Source of the DNA: Candidatus Omnitrophota bacterium
Lineage (GTDB): Bacteria; Omnitrophota; Gorgyraeia; B26-G9
Length of the DNA stretch: 64,000 bases
Direction of reading: 5' to 3'
Assembly (NCBI GenBank): GCA_043814605.1
Contig: JBDRJV010000022.1
Location: 85,305 to 149,304 of the forward strand
The notes under the pieces are model-generated. The model was not told the origin of the DNA. It saw nothing but the letters and a program-made list of their open reading frames with translations, and made no database searches. Positions 39,968 through 47,343 of this stretch are shown in pieces (position 1 is the stretch's first letter; each line of letters starts with the position of its first letter). The translations under genes and the position numbers were made by a program.

Positions 39968-40396
39968 TTACTTATTAAACATCTTCACCCGTCGGGCATG
40001 GCGGCCTGCAGCAAATTTAGTTTTTAACCAAACTCCCAGGATTCTTTTTGCTTGCAGAGTTTTTACGAAACCCGCGGCTAAGACTAAAACATTTGCATCA
40101 TTATGTTCTCGTGAAAAACGCGCCATAGATACATTAAGACAATTTGCCGCGCGGATGCCTTTAACTGTACTGGCGGCCATAGTCATTCCCAGGCCGCTAT
40201 TACAAATAAGAATGCCTCTCTCTGCATTTTTTTTTACAACCGCCTGCGCCACTTTAAAAGCAAATTCAGGATAATCACAGGAGACCTCACAACTTGGCCC
40301 CATATCCATAACTTTATGCCCATATTTTTTCAAATAATTTATTAAATTTGCTTTAAGTTTAACTCCCCGGTGGTCACTGCCAATAGCTATCTTCAT
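39968..40396 (-). CDS. rpiB: Ribose-5-phosphate isomerase B
   Basis: MKIAIGSDHRGVKLK ... LICNSGLGMTMAA RpiB/LacAB motifs. Confidence 0.9.
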   Translation of the reverse strand: MKIAIGSDHRGVKLKANLINYLKKYGHKVMDMGPSCEVSCDYPEFAFKVAQAVVKKNAERGILICNSGLGMTMAASTVKGIRAANCLNVSMARFSREHNDANVLVLAAGFVKTLQAKRILGVWLKTKFAAGRHARRVKMFNK

Positions 40397-41457
40397 TATA
40401 ATTCTCCCATTAATCCTTCTATTGATTTTTCGATTTCTTCAGCCACATTATCATAAAAATTTAAATCCCGGCCAATGGGATCTTGTATGTCTAAAATCCC
40501 TTTCGCTTGCGGGAAAAACTGCTTTAATAAAATTATTTTTTTCTCTGCTTTTGTAAAATAATTAAGAATATATTGTTGATGTTTTTGCTCCATAACTAAA
40601 ATTAAATCCGCTGCCCGCACCATATCTTGCGTTAACCGTCTTGCCTTATGCGCTGAAATATCTGCATTTCTTTTTTTCGCTACTTCAATTGCCTCAGGCG
40701 ATGCCGGCATTCCCTCATAAGCCGCAACTCCGGCTGAGGAAACTTCAAACAAATCATTATCCTTAACAACCTTTTTCATCAACCCCTCGGCAATTGCACT
40801 CCGGCAGCTATTTCCCGTACAAACAAATAAAATATTTTTTGTTTTTTTTACTTTTTCTATCTGGGCTTCAGTGATCACCCCTTCTCTTAAAATTTTAATT
40901 TGATCCTGATCATCAATTTCACAAACAGTTGAAGAAATTCCATGTTTAGATTCTCCGGAATCAATCACTGCATCAATCCGGCCGTCGAAAGATTCTAAAA
41001 CATCTTCTGCGGAAAGTGCGGGTTCTTCACCGGCAAAATTAGCCGAAGGCCCATAAACCGGATCTCTGGTTTCTCTTAACAAAAGCTGTGTTACCGGATG
41101 ATCCGGAATTCTTAATCCTACTAGCTGATTATCATGGCCGTTTAATACTAAAGTTAAAGGCCTGGGCCAAAATTTTTTCATTAATTTAAATTTAAAAGTA
41201 CTAACATTTTTAACATATTTTAAAACTTGATCTGTATCATAAATACACAAAGAAAATTTTTTCTCCTCATTTCTTTGTTTTATGTAACGTAATTTTTCTA
41301 CAGCCAAATCCTGCGTCGTAATTGCGGCTAGTCCATAAACAGTTTCCGTAGGGAAAGCCACCAGCCCTCCATCTTTTAAAATTTGCGCTGCTTGTTTTAT
41401 TAATTCAATATCTGGATTTTCCGGATTAATTTTGAAAATTTTTGTTTTCTTATTCAT
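40396..41457 (-). CDS. Fusion protein: L-threonylcarbamoyladenylate synthase (TsaC/YrdC/Sua5 domain) plus C-terminal low-molecular-weight protein phosphatase (YwlE-like)
   Basis: N-half GGLVAFPTETVYGLAA (YrdC motif); C-half ILFVCTGNSCRSAIAEG (CX5R P-loop of LMW-PTP). Confidence 0.8.
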   Translation of the reverse strand: MNKKTKIFKINPENPDIELIKQAAQILKDGGLVAFPTETVYGLAAITTQDLAVEKLRYIKQRNEEKKFSLCIYDTDQVLKYVKNVSTFKFKLMKKFWPRPLTLVLNGHDNQLVGLRIPDHPVTQLLLRETRDPVYGPSANFAGEEPALSAEDVLESFDGRIDAVIDSGESKHGISSTVCEIDDQDQIKILREGVITEAQIEKVKKTKNILFVCTGNSCRSAIAEGLMKKVVKDNDLFEVSSAGVAAYEGMPASPEAIEVAKKRNADISAHKARRLTQDMVRAADLILVMEQKHQQYILNYFTKAEKKIILLKQFFPQAKGILDIQDPIGRDLNFYDNVAEEIEKSIEGLMGEL

Positions 41458-41498
41458 GAGACATAAACCTTTAAATTCTCCCGCTCAGGCGGGATCAT

Positions 41499-41984
41499 TT
41501 AAATTTTAATCTTGCGGATTTCCTCAGCCATACCAGCTTTAAATTGGACTAACTGTTTCTGTAATCTTTTATCCTGTAATGCCAAAATTTGCACAGCTAA
41601 AATACCGGAATTTTGCGCCCCGGATTTACCGATCGACATACAAGCAACCGGAATCCCTTTGGGCATTTGCACAGTGGAAAGCAGACTGTCCAGCCCTTTT
41701 AATGTTTTTGTATCTATAGGGATACCAATAACCGGTAAAACTGTATGGGCGGCAACCGTCCCGGCTAAAGCCGCAGACATCCCGGCTGCAGCAATAACCA
41801 CTTGTACTCCTTTTTTCTGTAAACTTTCAACATATTTAACTACATCTTTAGGGGTACGGTGCGCAGAAAGAACTCTCATTTCAAAATTAACGCCAAAATT
41901 TTTCAGCACATTTGCTGCTTCTTGCACTGTTTCTAAATCTGACTTACTACCCATAATGACCGCAACTTTAATTTTCTTCTGCAT
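41499..41984 (-). CDS. purE: N5-CAIR mutase / AIR carboxylase catalytic subunit
   Basis: KVAVIMGSKSDLETV...RVLSAHRTP. Confidence 0.93.
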   Translation of the reverse strand: MQKKIKVAVIMGSKSDLETVQEAANVLKNFGVNFEMRVLSAHRTPKDVVKYVESLQKKGVQVVIAAAGMSAALAGTVAAHTVLPVIGIPIDTKTLKGLDSLLSTVQMPKGIPVACMSIGKSGAQNSGILAVQILALQDKRLQKQLVQFKAGMAEEIRKIKI

Positions 41985-42000
41985 TTTATGTTCTCCTTTA

Positions 42001-42033
42001 TTTAGCGTAAAACGAATAGCGTTTAGCGATTAG
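42001..42033. repeat. Heptamer array of the AGCGWWT family (TTTAGCG TAAAACG AATAGCG TTTAGCG ATTAG) in the purD-purE intergenic region; same family and orientation as 19058-19087
   Basis: Read directly. Confidence 0.75.
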
Positions 42034-42148
42034 TTATTTTTATCATTTAAACTGATAACATTTTCATTAATTTGCGCTAATTATTACTTCTATGCTTTTC
42101 GCTGCTTTTTATTTTTCTCTCCGCTTAACGCCTTTACCCGCAAGAGTG

Positions 42149-42166
42149 CTAACCGCTAAACGCCGT
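42149..42166. repeat. Inverted partial copy of the AGCGWWT array (rc = CGTTTAGCGGTTAGC) forming an inverted pair with 42001-42033
   Basis: rc comparison by eye. Confidence 0.6.
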
Positions 42167-43438
42167 TTTTCTGTTTAATGCTTTTTTTCCGATATCTTTA
42201 CGAAAAAACATATTCTCAAATTTAATTTTTTCAACACCGGAATAAGCTTTATCCATAGCTTTTTCCATGCCTGCGCCTAATCCTGTTACGCCTAAAACTC
42301 TGCCGCCGTTGGTAAAAATATTGCCTGCTTTTTGTTTTGTTCCGGCATGAAAAATAATAATATCTTCTGTTTGTTTTAACTGATCCAATCCAAAAATTTG
42401 TTTGGTTTTTTCATACTTACCCGGATATCCTCCACTCGCCATAACCACACAAACACAATCTCGCTCATCCCATTGTGTCTCGATTTGATTTATTTTTTGT
42501 TCCTGGGCTTTTAAGATAATTTCAATCAGGTCAGTTTTCAATCGAGGTAAAATTACCTGGGTTTCCGGATCACCAAACCTTACATTAAATTCCAGTACTT
42601 TCGGACCATTTTCTGTAATCATCATCCCGGCATATAATACTCCGGTAAAAGGGATGCCTTCTTTCTTCATTCCCCGGATAGTCGGAATAATTACTTCTTT
42701 TTCAATCTTTGCAAACATTTCTTGTGTAATTACCGGAGCCGGGGAATAAGCACCCATGCCGCCGGTATTAGGCCCTTGATCTTTATCAAAAATTCTTTTA
42801 TGATCCTGGCTGGAAGCCAGCCTCAAAATATTTTCCCCATCACTGATTACAATAATTGACGCTTCTTCCCCGGTTAACATTTCCTCGATCATTAAAGTCC
42901 GGCCGGATGCACCAAACACACATTCTTCTAAAATTTCTTTTATGGCTTTCTCCTGTTCCGCCAAATTAGTACAAACATATACTCCTTTACCCGCACACAA
43001 TCCATTGGCTTTAATTACTAATGGCCGATTAGCATCTCTTACATATTCTAATGCTTCTTCGGGTACAGAAAAAACCTGAAAATCCGCTGTGGGCACTCCG
43101 TATCTTTTCATTATATTCTTGGCAAAAATTTTACTGGATTCAAGCTGGCTGGCCGCCTTAGTTGGCCCGAAAATATTTAGCCCCTGAGCTCTAAATACAT
43201 CCGTAATGCCTAAAGCCAACGGGATTTCTGGCCCGACTACGGTCAAATCAATATTTTCTTTTTTTACAAACTTAAGCAACCCTTCAATATCATCTGCCTT
43301 AATATCTATATTTTTAGCTAGTTCATTAATCCCCCCATTACCTGGGGCACAAAAAATTTTATTAACTCTTTTTGACTGAGCAATTTTCCAAACTAAAGCA
43401 TGTTCGCGGCCGCCACTACCCACAACTAAAATTCGCAT
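42149..43438 (-). CDS. purD: Phosphoribosylamine-glycine ligase
   Basis: MRILVVGSGGREHALVWKIAQS, ATP-grasp; GGAGG-type SD upstream. Confidence 0.95.
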   Translation of the reverse strand: MRILVVGSGGREHALVWKIAQSKRVNKIFCAPGNGGINELAKNIDIKADDIEGLLKFVKKENIDLTVVGPEIPLALGITDVFRAQGLNIFGPTKAASQLESSKIFAKNIMKRYGVPTADFQVFSVPEEALEYVRDANRPLVIKANGLCAGKGVYVCTNLAEQEKAIKEILEECVFGASGRTLMIEEMLTGEEASIIVISDGENILRLASSQDHKRIFDKDQGPNTGGMGAYSPAPVITQEMFAKIEKEVIIPTIRGMKKEGIPFTGVLYAGMMITENGPKVLEFNVRFGDPETQVILPRLKTDLIEIILKAQEQKINQIETQWDERDCVCVVMASGGYPGKYEKTKQIFGLDQLKQTEDIIIFHAGTKQKAGNIFTNGGRVLGVTGLGAGMEKAMDKAYSGVEKIKFENMFFRKDIGKKALNRKTAFSG

Positions 43439-43514
43439 TTATCCCTCCGAATTCATTAAAATTATAAAACACTAAGCTCTAAATCCTGAACTCATATTAT
43501 TTTTTTCCAGAATC

Positions 43515-44519
43515 CTAATTAATAAACTTAATATCTCCATTGCCTTTAATTACTTTTCCGATAATTTGGGATTTTATTTTAAATTTTTTCAAATGATTAA
43601 GCGTTGTCTTTGCATCTTCAGGACTAACTACCAATACCAGGCCGATCCCCATATTAAAGGTGCGGTACATTTCCGGATCATTAATATTTGCCCGCTTTTT
43701 AATCTCCTTAAATATTTTAGGCACACTCCAGCTTTTTTTATTAATTATCACCGCAGTATTTACAGGGAATATTCGCATCAGCTTTTCATAAAATGCGCCG
43801 CCGGTGATATGGGCAATACCACGGACATTTATTTTTTTTAATAAGGAAATAACCGGCTTTACATAAATTCGCGTGGGAACCAGTAATTCTTTGGCTCTTG
43901 ATTTAATTTCCTGCTTTGAAAAAACTTTATTTACCAAAGAAAACCCATTAGAATGCAAACCGCTGGAAGCCACGCCGATTAAAATATCCTCAGGTTTTAT
44001 GGTTTTCCCTGTAATAATTTTATTTTTTTCTGCAATGCCTACGCAAAAACCCGCTAAATCATATTCTTCTTTGGCATAGAGTGCCGGCATTTCTGCGGTT
44101 TCCCCGCCAATCAAAGCACAACCTGCTTCTTTACATCCCCGGCATATTCCCCTTACAATCGTTACCAATTTAGAATTATCTAACTTCCCGGTTGAGATAT
44201 AATCTAAGAAAAACAAAGGTTCTGCTCCCATCGCCAAAATATCATTAACATTCATCGCCACAAGATCAAAACCCACAGTATCATGTTTATTAGCTTGAAT
44301 CGCAATTTTTAACTTAGTTCCCACTCCATCGGCACTGGAAACTAAAACCGGATTTTTGTATTTAGTTAGAGCCAAGCCAAAGCATCCGCCAAAACCGCCG
44401 ATATCGTTTAAAACCCCGTTCCGATGCGTGGCTTTTACCAACGGTTTTATATTATCCACGAATTTATTAGCTTCGGTTATATTTACCCCTGCTTTTTTAT
44501 AAGTCATAGCTTTTGCCAT
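43515..44519 (-). CDS. purM: Phosphoribosylformylglycinamidine cyclo-ligase (AIR synthetase)
   Basis: YKKAGVNITEANKFV ... DIGGFGG. Confidence 0.95.
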   Translation of the reverse strand: MAKAMTYKKAGVNITEANKFVDNIKPLVKATHRNGVLNDIGGFGGCFGLALTKYKNPVLVSSADGVGTKLKIAIQANKHDTVGFDLVAMNVNDILAMGAEPLFFLDYISTGKLDNSKLVTIVRGICRGCKEAGCALIGGETAEMPALYAKEEYDLAGFCVGIAEKNKIITGKTIKPEDILIGVASSGLHSNGFSLVNKVFSKQEIKSRAKELLVPTRIYVKPVISLLKKINVRGIAHITGGAFYEKLMRIFPVNTAVIINKKSWSVPKIFKEIKKRANINDPEMYRTFNMGIGLVLVVSPEDAKTTLNHLKKFKIKSQIIGKVIKGNGDIKFIN

Positions 44520-44564
44520 AATTGCCTCTATTTTTTCTTTTTTTTAAATATATTTTTTAATTTT

Positions 44565-44594
44565 CTCTCTACTCTCTACTTGCTACTCGCTACT
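44565..44594. repeat. Heptamer tandem array (CTCTCTA CTCTCTA CTTGCTA CTCGCTA CTT) at the purM-purQ junction, overlapping the purQ stop
   Basis: Read directly. Confidence 0.8.
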
Positions 44595-45387
44595 TCTTTA
44601 AGTAATCAATCGCATTTTGAAAAATTTTTAAGCCATCCGGAATAAAATCCTGCTTTTTTCTTGTCCAATGCGGATGCTGCGTTTTAAACACACAGCGCTC
44701 AGGATGCGGCATTAAACCAAAAACCCTTCCGGTTTGATCACAAATTCCGGCGATATCAGCCAAAGAACCGTTTGGATTTTCCGGATATCTGGACAAACCA
44801 CCCTGCTTATTACAATATTGAAAAACAATCTGACCATTATTTTTTAATTTATCTAAAACTTGACCATCTCGGGCAATAAACTTACCTTCTCCGTGAGCCA
44901 CAGGAAGATAAATTACTTGATCAATGCCTCTTGTCCAAACACATTTAGAATCTTTTTTTGGATCACAATCGTTTGGTTTCTTCAAATATACCCAGCGGTC
45001 TTCAAACTTACCGCTATCATTGCAAGATAAAGTGAGTACTTGTTTCCAGTTTTTACTATCCGGCAGGATCCCCATTTTTACAAGTACCTGAAATCCATTA
45101 CAAATCCCGATCATCAATCCATTTTTATCCAAAAATTTATGTAAATTGGTTTTTAATTTTGTTTGTAATTCATTCGCCAGGATTACGCCGGCGGCAATAT
45201 CATCCCCGTAAGTAAACCCTCCGGGAAAAGTAATAATCTGATAACGAGAAATTTTATCTGCTCCCCTGACCAAATCATTAATATGCGTTACCGTCACACA
45301 CGCTCCCAGAAATTCAAAAGCCAATTTTGTTTCCTGGTCACAATTTGTGCCAGCCGTACGTAAAATTAGAACCTTAATACTTTTCAT
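44590..45387 (-). CDS. purQ: FGAM synthase glutamine amidotransferase subunit
   Basis: GTNCDQE ... GICNGFQVL ... HGEG ... MPHPER. Confidence 0.9.
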   Translation of the reverse strand: MKSIKVLILRTAGTNCDQETKLAFEFLGACVTVTHINDLVRGADKISRYQIITFPGGFTYGDDIAAGVILANELQTKLKTNLHKFLDKNGLMIGICNGFQVLVKMGILPDSKNWKQVLTLSCNDSGKFEDRWVYLKKPNDCDPKKDSKCVWTRGIDQVIYLPVAHGEGKFIARDGQVLDKLKNNGQIVFQYCNKQGGLSRYPENPNGSLADIAGICDQTGRVFGLMPHPERCVFKTQHPHWTRKKQDFIPDGLKIFQNAIDYLKK

Positions 45388-47321
45388 CTCTCCTCTTGAG
45401 CCGGCTGATACAGAACAATCTTCCCGTATTTTTTTGCTTGGGTTAGCGCAAATTCGGCTTGTTTAATAAACTGCTCTTCGGTAAATTTTTTATCTACGCC
45501 GTTAAAGCAGGCAAAACCTATTGTTAAATTAATAATTATTTTTTCATTTTTATATTCATTTTGAAATTTATTGATATTTAATTTTAGTCTGTTGGCAACA
45601 ATCATTGTATCCTTTAAATGTTTTTCATAGATTTGCTCATTGTTTAAACCCTCTCCTTTTGCTGTTTCCGGCAAAATCACTCCAAATCTTTTTTCTCCGT
45701 AATGCGCCAAAACATCAACATTCCTAACATTAGTTTTTAAAAGCAATCCTATTCCTTTTAATAATAAATCTTTACCCTTTAAATCCAAAATCTCTCCGGA
45801 TTGTCCCTGATTATCCACTTCCAGAAACATTAAAGAAATTGCATGCCCGTAACGTTTAGAGCGCGCAATCTCTTCTCGTAAACGTGTTAAAAAATAATTT
45901 TGATTGAATGTTTTAGTAGAATTATCCACGATTGCTTCGCTGTAAAGCCGCACATGTTCGATTGCTTTTGCCGCTTCCTGCGTAAAAATTTCTAAAACAT
46001 CAATATCTCCCTGATTATAAATCTGGCCGGATCCTTTTTGACTAAAGGCCATGACCCCGATTAATTGATCTTTATACAATAATGGCGCAATCAGTTCTGC
46101 GTCTAAATTTGTAAATTCATCAAAATATTGATTGACGCAGGAACTGTCTTCAAACTGCATTAATTCCGAACGGATTAAAATTTTTGATTCTTTTTTAAGT
46201 TTTTCAATAATTCCATGGCTAAAATTGAAGTTTAAGTTTTTTATTTTTTCTTTGTTAACACCAAAAGAAGACCGCAGCATAAACTTTTTAGCAATATCAT
46301 CTTCTAAAAAGATGGCCATTTTCTTAACCCCCATTGTCTGCTCAATAACATGAATCATATAATCAAATAACTGATCAAAGTCTAGGATTGCCACCAGCGA
46401 TTGCGAGAGCTCTTTAAGTACAGTCTGATAATCGTACCTGCCTTTATACACTATTTTTTCCACACTCTTTTGCATTAATCCTTTATAAGGTGTAAACAAA
46501 ATCAGGCAAACGATTATTAATACAGAAAATGTTGTTGCTAAAAAGAATCCCAATGTATCCAAAAACAAGCCTGTAATAAGAATATGCCCCAAGAGCAGCG
46601 GCCCGATAAATAAGAAAACAGACATTGTTTTATTAACAATTAAATCAAATTCTAAAAATCTAAACCGCACAATAGAGTAAGACATCGCGGTAAAAGAGAT
46701 GATCATTAAAATCAGGCTAAACGGATAAGGATCAATACCCCAATGAGCGCTAAAAGTTAAAATCAAAGCAATTTCTATTCCCAAGATAGCCAGAATTGTA
46801 AACCGCGCTTGTCTTTTTGCTAATTCGGAAATTTTATCACTTCTTAATTTAATAGCATTAACTATTATTCCGATAGGTAAAAATAAAAAACTATTTAATC
46901 CAAAAACATAATAAGGCAAATTTTCTAAGCTGGGTAAACTCACTCCAATGCGGCGCTGAAAATACACGGGATAACCGTTGAACCAAAAATAAAAAACAGA
47001 AAGACTTAAAAGATAAGACAGCCCCAATACCACCTGGGATAATCTGCCTTTTCTCTGCCGCATAATCAGCAATAAATTTAATAAAACCGGCACAGAAAAA
47101 CAAGCTCCGGATAAGAAAATCCTGAACCAAATATTAAGCAGTTCCGGGTTATCCGCGAACTGAATAAACCCAAAATGCATTAAAAAATAACAGAATAAAG
47201 TTAATGCAGCAAAAAAATAGGGTTTACTTAAATAAGACTTACCCGCTTTCCTGAGAATATAAATACCGGTGCCTAAACTAAAACAAGCGGAAATAAACGG
47301 GATAAATGCATTAATGCTCAT
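45384..47321 (-). CDS. Integral membrane sensor: N-terminal ~8 TM helices, GAF domain, C-terminal degenerate GGDEF domain (GEKRF in place of GGEEF)
   Basis: Hydrophobic N-terminal 300 aa; C-terminal FLTRLREEIARSKRYGH...AHYGEKRFGVILPET...TIGFACF...QAKKYGKIVLY aligns to GGDEF fold but lacks catalytic GG[DE]EF and the D-x-D. Confidence 0.7.
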   Translation of the reverse strand: MSINAFIPFISACFSLGTGIYILRKAGKSYLSKPYFFAALTLFCYFLMHFGFIQFADNPELLNIWFRIFLSGACFSVPVLLNLLLIMRQRKGRLSQVVLGLSYLLSLSVFYFWFNGYPVYFQRRIGVSLPSLENLPYYVFGLNSFLFLPIGIIVNAIKLRSDKISELAKRQARFTILAILGIEIALILTFSAHWGIDPYPFSLILMIISFTAMSYSIVRFRFLEFDLIVNKTMSVFLFIGPLLLGHILITGLFLDTLGFFLATTFSVLIIVCLILFTPYKGLMQKSVEKIVYKGRYDYQTVLKELSQSLVAILDFDQLFDYMIHVIEQTMGVKKMAIFLEDDIAKKFMLRSSFGVNKEKIKNLNFNFSHGIIEKLKKESKILIRSELMQFEDSSCVNQYFDEFTNLDAELIAPLLYKDQLIGVMAFSQKGSGQIYNQGDIDVLEIFTQEAAKAIEHVRLYSEAIVDNSTKTFNQNYFLTRLREEIARSKRYGHAISLMFLEVDNQGQSGEILDLKGKDLLLKGIGLLLKTNVRNVDVLAHYGEKRFGVILPETAKGEGLNNEQIYEKHLKDTMIVANRLKLNINKFQNEYKNEKIIINLTIGFACFNGVDKKFTEEQFIKQAEFALTQAKKYGKIVLYQPAQEER

Positions 47322-47343
47322 AACTTACTCCTCATCCTCTAAT

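Noticed and set aside
41512-42033. 173-aa plus-strand ORF
   Set aside because: Completely antisense to purE; the translation is Cys/Ala-rich nonsense from reading a conserved gene backwards
46891-47130. 79-aa minus-strand ORF as a candidate purS
   Set aside because: Lies within the GAF-GGDEF gene in another frame and does not resemble PurS. The PurS domains are instead fused to PurL
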